Positions 15,054 through 28,036 of a stretch of 64,000 nt of DNA are shown piece after piece. The DNA lies in the NCBI GenBank assembly GCA_964304625.1, contig OZ199838.1, positions 13,617,002-13,681,001 on the forward strand. Direction: 5' to 3'. The translations under genes were made by a program, and so were the position numbers. The notes under the pieces were generated by a model that was given only the letters and a program-made list of their open reading frames with translations, searched no databases and was not told where the DNA came from. Origin of the DNA: Kudoa neothunni. Taxonomy: Eukaryota > Animalia > Cnidaria. Every line of letters starts with the position of its first letter. Position 1 is the first letter of the stretch.

Positions 15054-18000
15054 CTATTCGGGAACAACACCCTGACTTAGACGATAGAGGGGATTTTCAT
15101 GCTAAATTGAAATCATTGCAACACATTCGATTCGATTCAAATATTAATATTTTAAAAAATATATATTAAATCTATTTAAATTATTAATTATTATTATTAT
15201 TACATATTTAGTATCGCTAAATATCTTTATAACTGGCATATCAACGGGATGAATATTTGGGGTTTAATAAACAAAGAAACAGTTTAAAAAATTTGAATGG
15301 TTCTCATTAGGTATATATTACGAATAGTATTTTAAGACAGTAACTAACTAATACCATATGTTTTCGTGATTCTTTTTCGCTTCTCATAAGCTTTAGATAC
15401 TGGTTTTTATCGTAGGTGTATTTGGCAAACATCGCAATGCAAGCTATTATTGTGATCAGGAAAAACACACCTACGAATGTCGCCACTAAAATAGCTTTAA
15501 CGTTGACTTTTTTCTCACAGTCGTCTTTAACCAATGGTTTTATGTTTACAATTACACTAGAAGGATCATTTTCATCAACTGTGTAAAAATAAACACATTT
15601 TTCTTGGTATGACTGACACGTGTGATCAGTATTTTCTATATTATTCTTATCAAAAATATATGCCGCCAAACTGTCGCATGCACCACAATTTTTATTCTCT
15701 TTTGATGGAAACAATTTACACGCGACGCAATCCGTATGTTTGGCACATGGATCGTTAAGGTCCTACATATGAATATTGGTTTTACCTATCACATGTTTCT
15801 ACGAATATTACGAAGAGCTCACAATTTTCACCAATAAATCTATAATCACAAGCACAATCTCCGCACGAGCATTTTCCATGACCACTGCAAACCTACAATA
15901 TCAAACGCATAATAATCTCAACTGGGAACCAAGCTAGAAAATTACTTTATTGTATTTATTGACAGGGCATTTGCCTTCCCAAAAGGAACATTCTTTCTCC
16001 TCACATCTTTCACCGGTGTAACCCTCGTTACATATGCACTCTCCACAAGCAGGGGTGCCTCGTTCGGGACCTCCACACAGTTCTTCAGAGCCCGTGAGAA
16101 GATGGCGGTTATCACATTCGCAGTACGTCCCACTGATCAAATCAACAGAAACCTTCAAATATTTTAAATTATAGCCATTTAGATTAGATGAAAATGCTTA
16201 CATTATCCGGCAAGCATTTACATGCATTGCACTCACACGTACCGACCCCATTACAAGTACGGCCTTCTTCATCATCTATAGAAATACAACTCGCAGTGGA
16301 AATTGTATTAAAACACCTTTGTTCACCACTATCATGGATATGAAATTATTTTTACATGATACAATCAATTTTTGTATTTAAACAATATTTTTTATTAATA
16401 CTTAAGGTAATATAACACATATCACGATAAATTACAAAAAATGCCACTTCCTATCATTAAAAAGGGTAACTACCTAGTTTGAGGCAAACATTGATCTTTT
16501 TGGAGAACTTTACCATGGAATATACATTTCTCAGCTGCCTATATAATAAAATAGAAGCCTGAAGACGTTTTCTTCAAAAAATATCGAGTTCAACAACAAC
16601 CAACTTACTTGTTGTGTATTTTGTATTGGGGCTATACATTTATTGTCACACAGTGTTGATAGATCTAATTCTACTGTACCATAGTTGACAATTTTAATGG
16701 AGTATCTAAAAATATGGGATATATAAATTTAAAGGTCTGTTAACAGAACCTTCTAATTAATTTTTCCGGAAAACATTTTTTTGGTGTTATTTCAACATTC
16801 CATTCGAACAGAGACTCAGAATTTACACATGTGTAATGATTGTTTATAGGACCTTGATTTTTACTATACATTGCGGAGTCCGTATGAAATGGATTCAATC
16901 TAACTTACGTGCAACCGTCAGATTTTAGGTCTATCTTGAAAAAGTCATCTTCAAGTGGAATTTTCAAATTTATTTTCGATTTCACATCCTATGATCATGA
17001 TAACGATCACTAATCATTTTTACGTTACCACTGTAATGGTGTCTCTCAACCATGCAGCTATACCTAAGGATGTATCATATGGTTTGTTAAAAGCATCAAG
17101 GTAGTTGGTTAAATCATCTAGCTAAAGAAAAGGAGAATGGTTTCCAACATTAAAACTATATACGTATAGATTGGTCTCAGAAGAGTCTTTCGAGGTAGTC
17201 ATAAGTGTGACATTTCTATCCAACAAGATTCTACGTAAGCTGTAATTGTCGATGTAGTCCTAGGAGTGTAAATGTATATTTAGATATTATAGGTGATTAT
17301 TTATTTTTTTCGCGTAAACAAACATTATCTATACATAGAACGATTGAACAGTTTGCCCACCGTCCATTTGGCATTGCTCTTTGAATTTTCTTACTACTCC
17401 CATTCTCTATTTAGTCTGATTGTAACTGGTGAAAGGGAATTGGTTCATACCCATCCTTCTCCTGCAGTTATAGGTTTATGCGTAAGATACACCAATACAA
17501 ATTTAGAGGCATCAGGTTTCCAGCCAATCTATAATAGAAACGATCAGAAAAATTACTCTTCAGGGATAATATTTCTGCTTAAATAATTAGTAATTGTTAT
17601 AAAATATGTATAACATGCGTGTGATCAATTACTTTTTTAATTTTAGACTATATGATACAACTTTAGTAATAATAAGATTTTAAAAAATCCCAAAATTTTA
17701 TGTGGTTTAAGAGGTTTTGTAAGTTGTTGAAAGCAAACCTCCATTTGAGTTAGAATTTAATCTGAAGACAGCGATTGGCTTCACATAGTAAAAATAGATT
17801 ATTTATACATATTTAATATTAAATTATATTGTTTATATTTAAACAGTAGCACTACGCCTTTCTTAGGTTTATTAATTTGAACAAAATATATAGGCATATA
17901 AATTTGGATTTTTTTAATTCTATCAAGATAAAATAATAGAATACCTCCTTGTCACATAAAACAGCATGAGCGACTGAATCTAATGCGGAACCTTGATCAA

Positions 18001-18917
18001 TGACATCTTCAGTGATATGGGCATTTAAATTGTTTAGTGTATCCTAATGCATAATAGAAAATTTTGAAGGTTAATGTAAACCACCCGTAAGTTGTCCAAA
18101 ACATTGGTGAGACTGATTATATTTTTGAATTCGTAGTCACGGTTTCTAAATGTAGTCTGAATTCGCATTAAATGTATAAGTTAGTTACAAATCTCTATTT
18201 GGCGTAGTCATGGAACGATAGATTTTGTCGTAATAGAATCCGAGTCCAAAAGCATAAGATCCTTCAAATGGTGCAAAATACTCAACTAAAAGATTTTCTT
18301 AAGTTTATAGAATAAATTTTTAATAATTTACTAAAAGGCTTTAATTCTTCTTTCATATTTTCTACTTCGTTAGAATTTACACCAGGAAATAACAAATAAA
18401 TTTGATGAAAGGTAGGTTTCTTTGCTTGGACTGCAAGGTTAAATGAGTAGAGATTGTCTGAAAATTAAACTGGTTCGTATATCACATTTTTGGCACAAGT
18501 TAAAGCTATACTTTCTTGTAAGTTTTTGATTGATACATGTTGAGGGTTTATTACTAGATTTTCTTCGTTGATAGCTTTTACAACCTAAAATATCATATTA
18601 AAACATAAGACATCCTTCATAATAATAAATACGGTATAATTTATATTTAAAATCCCCGTATAACATTCATAGTCATCTTGCATTTTATAGTTTCTGACCA
18701 ATAAACCTTTATAGACAGATAATCATCAGTAGGGGAATAAAAAATTAATATACTAAATAATAACAAAATCAGGGGACGCTTCGCCATCGTTTTTACGAGA
18801 ATACCAGCCAAAATCCTCGTAACTGATAAGGATAAGAATTTTTTGATAGGATAATAAAGACCAATTTTATCTTGATTACAAATATAATATGAAATTATTT
18901 TTAAAAATTGGATTCAT
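15054..18917 (-). CDS. Integrin beta subunit, paralog C (most divergent; MIDAS absent, PSI and I-EGF1 reduced)
   Basis: INPQHVSIKNLQE, TFHQIYLLFPGVNSNE, AFGLGFYYDKIY, YEFKNIISLTN, SALDSVAHAVLC, IGWKPDASKFVLVYLTHKPITAGEG, DYIDNYSL, I-EGF repeats, beta-tail and TM (ORF 15307-15714), last exon HENPLYRLSQGVVPE*. The start codon and first exons are uncertain. Confidence 0.9.
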
Positions 18918-20191
18918 TTACTTTTTATTTTCATAATTTATTACATATCTCATTAATTCGAAAAAAAATTAACTCATCTGTTAAGTAAACTCCGAATAAC
19001 ATCTCACAATTAAAATAAATTTATTTATATTTTAAAAATCTAATACTTAAACAATACAAACATTTTCAGGTTTAAATTTTCCCTACGATAAATATCAAAA
19101 TTATTCAACTTTTTAATAAATTGTTAATTAAATTATACCTTACCTATTTTTTATGTTACTTTCGCATTCTCGTTAAAATATATCTACCTAAGAATTTTAA
19201 AACATAGGCAAGTGATAAATTTCTAATAAGAATCTATTATGTTTTCTAGTTGAAGTTGAGTTAAATTTTTATTAAAAATTAATCGATTAATTCTATGCGG
19301 AACATTTCTATTATTTAGACAAAATAATTAAACTGTGTTATTGAGCGCATTATTCTTAAGGTACAAATATCAGCATGATAATTAGTAATCTTATTCGGAC
19401 ATTTCCGCCAAGCGGCTGAGTTCTGAAAATTCATGCACCCCTTACTTCATTTTCTATTCATAAAGCATTCGAAATATTTTATATACATGTCCCCACCTTA
19501 TTTTTATATTTATCACGTCTGTTATTATTAAAAGATTAAAATATATCCAATTAATATTTTGAATTATAACCAAACTAAAACATTATTACAATAATATCTT
19601 TAAAACTTAGGGGGTTTAATATCAAATCACTTGGTGATAATTAAATAGTTTTAATTGATAATTTCTGTCGAATTATAGAGTATAACATGTAAAAAAGTAT
19701 TCTGCCAAACCTTGAATTTTATATTTTTATTATAAAAGTTTAATTATTAAATTAATCCTATTTAATATAGCGACTGCTGTTTATAAATAGAAAATTTTGA
19801 TCATCAAACGGCGGGAAAGGTTACACAATAATTAAATAAAATACTTTTACTTCTAAATGAACCAAAAAAGAGTCATCTAGATATTCTACACACTGAACAA
19901 AAAAACCACAAACTATCTAAGTGTACGTGGCACTTTAGATAAGACTTATCTATGGTAATAGTCACTACCTTGGTGTTAAATTGAAGTTGCAAAATTTTGT
20001 TTATAGTGTACATGATAGAAACCTTTTTAATTTAAATTTAAAATATATTAGTTAGCTATTCTACGCCATGACATAATGACTGATAAAAAATTTTGTAGAG
20101 TTACAAGTGGCAAGGTTCTCATGCCACATTGTGCGATCCGTAAAATAATTTTTTCTAAGAGACGTTTATCGATAAAATTTTTATACTTTAA

Positions 20192-21330
20192 ACTAGGGGC
20201 TAAGACAGTTCGGTTTCGGTTATTTCTAAAACGGTTTTCGGTTTTGTAAATAGCTTTTTGAATCATCAATCCCAATTTTTTTCCTCACAAAAAATATATA
20301 AAAATATGATAGATTTATATCTTAATATAGTCGTTATTTGTTTAAATATTCTCTTAAACCCCAGATTTTGTGTTACTGTACAGTTTAATTTTATATTAGC
20401 TTTTATTTTTTTAATTAATTTATTGTTTAAAATTGTTTGTTGCTATCTTTAAAAACAATTAAACACATTTGAAGATAAAATTTTTTCAAACACAAAAAAT
20501 CGCATGATCTAAATTTCAATTCAGTTATTTCTATTTTCATAAATAAACACAATGGTTTCAAGTTTTTAGTTGCTCAATTTTGTTCTCAAGAGGAATATAA
20601 CAAAGTTTCATGATGAGAAACATCCTTCTGAGACAGTACTCGTAGACCTGACGTTAGAAAGAATTTTTCGAACCCTTTCTAAATAATCTGACATCACACC
20701 GTGATCAATAAAATTGGTAATTTCGTCAGAATCCGAAAAATATTTAGACCTTTTCGGTCTGGATAAGTAATTTATCAAATCGTATAAATTCATCTCAGAT
20801 TCGGAAGGTTCATCATTTTGGACTTGATCATTCGGTTGAATGAAATCAATTGCTTCATCTAACTTCAAATTTGACGATTTTTTGTAGAAAAACTCGCTTC
20901 ACAAATGTTTGAATCGATGCTTATAAACATAAATATATTCGGAACAAATGGTGGGTTGTTCCAAGCAGCGATCGATAAATTTTATTACTAAATTCTCTGA
21001 AATAGTTCCGTCAACACGAGAGAGATCCTCAATTGTATTGGTGAGTATAAGGTCACATTTGTTTCATTTTTCTTATTTATTTGTATGTTTAACAAAATAA
21101 ATCCAAATGGCAAATACCATCAATGCGATACTGAGTAAAAAGTTGTTTACTGTTAAAACATGTGTCACTCTCAAATTTTTTTGGCCCATTACTGTTTTAA
21201 AAACGTGTTAATTTTTCTAAAATATTATATCAATTAAAAATACAAGCTAATTTAAATTAATTAAAAAATAGATTTTTAAAATCGGGTTTGGTTTTGTCAA
21301 AAACTGTACCGATACCGAATACCAAAACGT
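20192..21330 (-). mobile_element. hAT transposon relic (C-terminal dimerisation domain fragment)
   Basis: ORF 20608-20868 ends ..RVRKILSNVRSTSTVSEGCFSS, matching the hATC motif L..PATS..SER.FS. TAGGGG-initiated end with repeated ttcggtt/cggttt motifs near 20192-20250 and related motifs near 21280-21330. Boundaries approximate. Confidence 0.65.
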
Positions 21331-22006
21331 ATTTCAAATTATTATTTAGCTCAAATAAAGTAGAAAGAGCGACACATCGATAAAATTATTAATTTTTGTA
21401 TAAAAACATCTGTTTAGGAGAGATTAAATAGTCATGAAATTTGTAATAAATAATATGGGTCGGTGAATATACATGCATTATTTGTTGTGCAGAATGAAGT
21501 TTTAATTTTGGGCCATGAGTCAAATTCCTACAAGTGTAGGAATAAGATTTATAAATTTTACCTATTTATTCAGTTAATTTTGGTATTATCGTAATACTCA
21601 GCATTATACATAGCGATAAAATTTAATTATATATTTTATCCACCCGAAAGTATTCAATAAAAAGCGAAATTTGTTATACCTGAATTTTCACCCAAAGAAG
21701 AATTGTAATTCAACAATTTTTCAAGAATTCAATTACGCCGGCGCACATCGAAATACTAGAAATCTGATAAATATCAACCCCTGCACGACAAAGTCAAAGC
21801 TTTTCTGCATACTAAATTTTAGAAAAATTGTTAAAAAATAATGTCGCTTCTTATAGATAATATTTTTCTGTAGATTTATATATAGATAGAAAAGGAATAA
21901 ATAATCTAATACAAGCTATCTGGATAATTTGAGTAAATAAAAATATTCAATTTATACTACATTAAATTCAAAAAAGAACACCAGCAACAAACGTGACAAA
22001 TTTATT

Positions 22007-22637
22007 TCAATCGCCACACTTCTTGTACCCGAAGAACCCCTCTGAATCCTCACAATACTCATACTTTTCAGAGTTGTTTGGATGCTCTAAACATCAACAA
22101 ATCATTAAAAACAACATCAATCTAAGCAAAACCTTCATTTGAAGAGGGTTCATCGCACGAGGAGCCATCATCGGATAGCTTTTGAATTTTAGCGTCCGCT
22201 CCTACTAGTTTAAGTTTAATTTGATCAAATGCGGCACATCCATTTCCTGATCTGCATTGTTCTAAGTATTCCGATAATATTACACAAGTCTATAAAATTC
22301 AGTCGTCAATCGAACTTCAAAACACAAACATCTACGTCCTCCACAGAATGATCATCCACACAAATGTTCAATTCATTTTCAATAAAACTGTACATAAAAT
22401 CAGCATTAGCGTAGACATCAACTGTTTCTGCATCAAAAAAATAAAAATCTATAATCCTTAACCATAGCTACTTGATGATGCTTTTAGCATTCGATCAGTG
22501 ACATCCTGGATGAAACATTGTATTTTTTCATCTGTGTCTCTGCCCCCAGTAGATTGCTCATGAGCAAAAACTAATATTGGCCAATGACGCATAACATAAT
22601 TGGCTCCGTCACAGAAATATTTCACGTTTTGGTCCAT
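22007..22637 (-). CDS. TSR2: Pre-rRNA-processing protein TSR2 (WGG domain), about 4 exons
   Basis: Spliced translation MDQNVKYFCDGANYVMRHWPILVFAHEQSTGGRDTDEKIQCFIQDV...FIENELNICVDDHSVEDTCVILSEYL...EDSEGFFGYKKCGD*. Matches the TSR2 pattern W.AL..A.E..(W)GG.DS.EK ... EF...V(E/D)D.S ... DG(W/F). Absent from the ORF track because the exons are short. Confidence 0.8.
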
Positions 22638-23690
22638 AACCTAACCCCGATAGTACGCATGCGCATGGCAATAATTAATTGTTTTTTGTGCTAATATGTT
22701 AAAATAGAGATTAAATTAAACTTTTATTCTTACTAAAAAACAATCATAAGATGTTATACGATTCCATCTAAAATATGAATTAATTTCAGACCTTAATACT
22801 AATTTATATCTAAATATAAGAGTTTAACTCTGGAATTAAGAAATTAGCAACTAATGTTAAAATAATGTTACGACGCGAGAAACACACGATAACAACCAAC
22901 AGAACAGTTACATACTGTATGCGCGCTACTCGTTGTCATAAAGGGAATTACACCCGTAACAAATAACTAAATATAACTTTAAGTTGGAGTAGTAAAATAA
23001 GGGGAGAAATAGAGAGGAAGATTTCATACTTGTAGCTAATACTGAACCACTTTAATTCTATTTTTCCAAGAGAGAAAACATCCTCATGTCTACGGCAATA
23101 TGTGGTTACTAAATAATTTCAATGTTTTCAAGTGATTATATTTCAAAAATTATTTCATAATTTTTGGGGAAATTTTTAAAACGATAAATAAAAAAATCTA
23201 GAGTTAAGATAGACTTCTATACGATTAATCCCTATAATATTATTCGACCAAGTTCGCAAATTGTTCAATAATCCCAGCATAAATAGGAAGCAATAAATTT
23301 GAGACCTCATACTTAAAATAAATATATATTATTTTACGCACAAAGTTAATTTACATGATATGATGATTTAAAAACTGAAAAGGGAATTAATTTAAAAAAG
23401 AGCAGTTTCGTTATATTTTTAATTATAAAAATATTTAGCTTAATATGAACAAACCCGTATTCTCTTAAAAGATAGCGGTTACTTTTAATATAAAAATCAC
23501 CCCTTCGTACATTATTTCATTTTTAGACACCGATCAAATTGAGAGTGTGGAATGAGGCTTCTCATAATATTGCTTTGTTTAGATTGAATTTCGATATAAG
23601 TTAGGTTCCAAGAATTGGCAGATAATATATTTTAATATTATAAAGCCAAAAATTTGATAGGTTACATTCCGGAGTAAATCACGAATTTAA

Positions 23691-24676
23691 CACTCATACT
23701 GAGTTTGGGGTCATTTTTGACTCCAAAATAAATAATATATTATAACATTAACGATTCGACATAATAAATAAATTTAAATATTATCTTTGATGTTAAAATC
23801 TTTCCAACGTTTTAGACCCCTCTAAGGTTTTCTAGAAGGATCCTGAACAGCAGTCAGCATAACGTGGCCCGTGTGCCGGATCCTGCCCCATGGTGTTCCA
23901 TTCGGTCATGGTGAGTGATGGAGAGTTTACTATAGAATTCATCTATTTGGGATAAATTTGGGATTTAGTTCCATTCTATGATATTTTAAAAGCCAGACTA
24001 ATATTAATTCGTTCATAAATATAAAGTCGCCATATTTTTTTATACTCAAGTTTAGTGACTGTTTACGTTAGACTTACAATCAGAAACATGAATAATTATT
24101 AAATATGGCTAACAATATTTAGAAGATTTGAAGGAATAAAGCATATGAATTAACAGAAATATGCGGCGTCACACAAGTTATTCAAACTAAAAAATCAACA
24201 AAATTATAGAAGGAAACCTCCTTATTTATATTTTTTATTAAATTTTATTTAAAATGCAGTTAAATTTATATTAATATTAAATTCTTTTAAAATAATTGCT
24301 TTCAGACCTATGAACAAATTTTTGTTTAAATTCTGGTCCCGCAAAAATATAATTGTTCATCCCCGAACAAGAAGAAAATATAATGTTAGTATCATTGAAG
24401 AAATTTCAAATGAATACGCATTAACAACGTAGCCAACCAGAATCAAATTTCGCGAAAACGAGATTAAAATTGTATGAAACCATTATTTAATCCTCATATA
24501 CCAATATTTTTGGAAAATTGCATCCAAAATTATAATTAGATCATTATATTTTAGAAATTTTAATATTTTTGTCGTTTTTGATGAAGTAATTAATTCGTAA
24601 AACTACGATTTCTATCCTGGGATCAAAAACGACCCCAAATCCATTAATGGTGAAAATTGTCGACTCAGTACGAGTG
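23691..24676. mobile_element. piggyBac-type non-autonomous element (MITE)
   Basis: TTAA on both sides (23687-23690, 24677-24680). TIR cactcatactgagt / actcagtacgagtg (13 of 14 match). Internal inverted repeats ggggtcatttttgactcc / gggatcaaaaacgacccc sit at asymmetric spacing from the TIRs, as in piggyBac. Confidence 0.88.
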
Positions 24677-25354
24677 TTAATAATTGACTCTAACGAGGCT
24701 GCCTTAAATAAAATCTAACAATCCCGTTGAAGGATTAATTAATGCAGTTTCTAATATTTTTCTTTAGATTCTTTTATATTGAAACCCATAATTTATGACA
24801 TATTTTAATATAGTTTTATTAACAAATTATTGAAAAAATTTAGCTTTTAAATTCTCCATTGCAGCCTATGGATTTGAGGGCTTAGGTGACTATTTCAGGG
24901 TAATTTGTTAAAATTTGGTTTTCTAAATTTGTGAAGACCAAAAATTTCTTAAATGCGCTATATTAGATTACAAAAATAGAATAATTATAAATAAATAAAT
25001 ATATGATTGTACGAGCCCATTTTCATTTGCTTGGGATACAAAATATCAACGCTTTTTGACTCTTGGAGAAGCAATCAGAAGTCACTTAAAATTATTTAGG
25101 ATGGTATAACATTTACGAGTTTCAATATAAATCTATTTTAATAAAACAATTTAAATAAATATTAACAAGTTTCGAATAATGAAAGAAATTAAAATATCTA
25201 AAAACTCATCTTTTGTTTAAAAATTTTTTAATAATCATTACTTGCACCCTTTAATGAATTTACTGAATAATGAATGCACATTATTATAATAAAATTAATT
25301 TATTCATTTACTCTCACTAAATATTTGGTCATTCTGAAGTACCCTTATTTTATA

Positions 25355-26406
25355 CTAGCTGGAACTGTCCAGCGTTGCTTGGGGAAGATTTCGCCTAGAG
25401 GCTTTTTTTAATAGCATTCAAAAAATATATTGAAATATCGAATTAACCCATAAAAACAAAATAACTAAAAATTTTTAAGCAAATTACTATAACGATTTGG
25501 GTTATGTAATTTAAATTATTATAATTTCTGTGAAGGAAAGTATCAATCCTGGCGTCCATTTAAAAATTTCGTGGCTCGGTAACTGGGTGCACCACTAACT
25601 TTTTAAGAGATAAAAAAAATAGAAAAAATAAAAGAGATAGAAGAAAACTTACGAAAATTAATCGATATTGTTAAAATTAGCATTGTTTAACTCGGCATAA
25701 ACATACATGCGCTTTTATCATAAACAACCACAAATTGCGTCGATTTCAACATAAACAATTTAAATAATTTGGTGAAATAAAAGTACAACCATCCGCATTG
25801 AATTTAATCACATAAAATAAAACTTAGCGGACAATTTAATGAAACCTATGAACGCAGTATTTCCATTATAACGCTTCAATCAACGTAACTTTAACGTTCT
25901 CCACGAATTCGTTATTTATGAAACATATATAGATTTTTTACCACATTGAAAACCATTAATAGAACTTATAAAATATACTTATCAAGTCATATACGTTAAA
26001 ACTCCGCAAATAAGGAGTGTGTTTAAACAGACATCCAAATAGAAACGCCAACCTTATATATAAAGATAGATAGAAGCAGTTAATGAACATATGATGGAGC
26101 ATATAAGGGAGATAGTTAGCTTCAACCGACCATAACCATGAAATAAGCAAGTGCTAATCCTATCGTTGAACTCATTTAATCCGAAAAACAAACTTTAGAT
26201 CGACAAAATCACTATTTCATAAATACTTTTTGGAAACTTTCGTAGTCCGAAAACAATTAAACGATTTTTTTAAATATCGCAAATTTATAAAAATTTTATA
26301 TATGGCTCTCTATAAGGAAAAAATTATCCGCACATGCGTACTTAGAGGCATACACACACACACACAAACAAACATACCGACAGTCCCCTTTTATATATAT
26401 AAAGGA
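25355..26406 (-). mobile_element. Non-autonomous Helitron, copy 1 (~1.05 kb)
   Basis: On the minus strand it starts TC(ctttatatatat), ends gcaacgctggacagttccagCTAG with a GCTGG..CCAGC hairpin, and sits between A and T with no TSD. Near-identical to 59776-60823. Confidence 0.9.
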
Positions 26407-27346
26407 TTACGCATTTGTTTTTAATCATTGAGTAAAAAAATTAAATTTCAACAAGTTGCTTAAAAATTTTATAAAGATCATGGTTATGATGTACAGTCAA
26501 CAACGATTATTGCGCATTATTCGTTATGTGTCATTATTTTATCGTTTTATAAGGTGCATTTCTGTCTTATAAGTCCTTTAAGCTATTAAGGAAACATTTG
26601 GAATTATTTATTTACGTAAATTTTTTTACAGATGCTAGAAAATGGATATTGCGCAATAATTTTAGTCACCATTAAATTTAACAATATCCCCAAATCAAAG
26701 TGTATTGTCATTATTTGGTGATTTTTATTTTAAAGAAGTACAACGAAATTAAACGTTGATTTCAAAGTTTTTCTATTTTTCTATTAATAAAAATTATTAA
26801 TGATTAATTTATTAAACAGTAAAAATCGAATTAATAGTCAATGCGGAAAAACGGGAATATTTTTTAATTATAAATTTTATTCACGTCAATAAATTTATTA
26901 ATACATTGGTTTCATTACATTATTGCGTGTTGTTCTTCAAAACTGAGTAGATTCGTTAATTTTAAACTATGTGTGGTCATTGTACATAAATAAAAAAATA
27001 TAATTATAAAAAGTTTTGTACGCTTTCATTATTAGATTGTTTTAGGGTGAAATCAACTTTAATATTTTGAATAAGATAGTTGATAAGTCTGCGGAGTTTA
27101 TTCGCGGATAAAATTTAAAAACTTTTTAAAAACAATGTAGAAAGTATTTTTATTATATTTAATGTAGACAATGTAACTACGAAAAATGGATAATGATAAC
27201 AATGTGGATGGAATTTAAATATTTGTTATGAAAAACTGTGGACATAATTACCGAATACAATTTGATTTCTTTCATACATATATCCCTGAGGGCCCAATAT
27301 CAGTGATCAAATTGGCGATAAATCAAATATACGTGATCCGATAGAA

Positions 27347-28036
27347 CAGTGGTGGGCAAAGTGCGGCCCTCGAAGAAATTTTGTGTGGCCCGCGGACGGG
27401 TTTATGAGGCTGAAAAATTGCGCGAGAATGTACATGTTTTCAAAATCTAGAAATATTAAGACACCATTTACCTTCCATAAACAAATAAATAAACAACCTT
27501 TTGATGAATATTATGGATTTGTAAACTTTAATTTTACGCGATTTTATTATCTGATTTGATGTTTTACCTATGCTTGCACCGTGCCTATGATTACCATATG
27601 TAAATGTGAATGAGGTAAGATCTAATACGTCCTTAAACAAAATCACGTCATAAACTTCAGAAAAAAATGGTACACGAGATTCAATTAACAATAAAAAGAA
27701 TCTAAAAATAACTAAATAGCAGAAAAACATATGAGCATGCGATACTCATACATAAATTAAGTTTGACGCAATAAGAACCATATCCATATTTTCCATTACA
27801 TTCGCTGAATTTAAAAAAATCTAATTTTTTAACATATTTGAAAAGCGATAAAATCTATTATTCCGATCACCAAATTTCTATTTTTTTAAATTATTTAGTT
27901 CCTTTTAAATTAATTTATACACTAACTTTTTTATTGTACCAAAAATGTTAGAAAAACCGCCATTAGGTATTTAAGTTCTCAGAGAACATTTAATCAACAA
28001 TGTGGCCCGCAGAACCAAAAGTTGGGCCCACCACTG
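27347..28036. mobile_element. hAT (Buster/Charlie-type) MITE
   Basis: Perfect 8-bp TSD CGATAGAA (27339-27346, 28037-28044) with central TA. 11-bp TIR CAGTGGTGGGC and subterminal tgtggcccgc / gcggccc motifs. Confidence 0.92.

Noticed and set aside
16400-16452. Candidate exon EVAFFVIYRDMCYITL in paralog C resembling the start of the I-EGF1 exon of paralog B
   Set aside because: Its splice phase does not fit the next exon, whereas the exon at about 16474-16538 does. Treated as intronic.
25956-26424. Duplicated ORFs MLISWLW.. and METFVVR.. (also 59730-60222) resembling a small gene family
   Set aside because: They lie within the two copies of the non-autonomous Helitron, use non-ATG starts and run through microsatellites; they are repeat artefacts.
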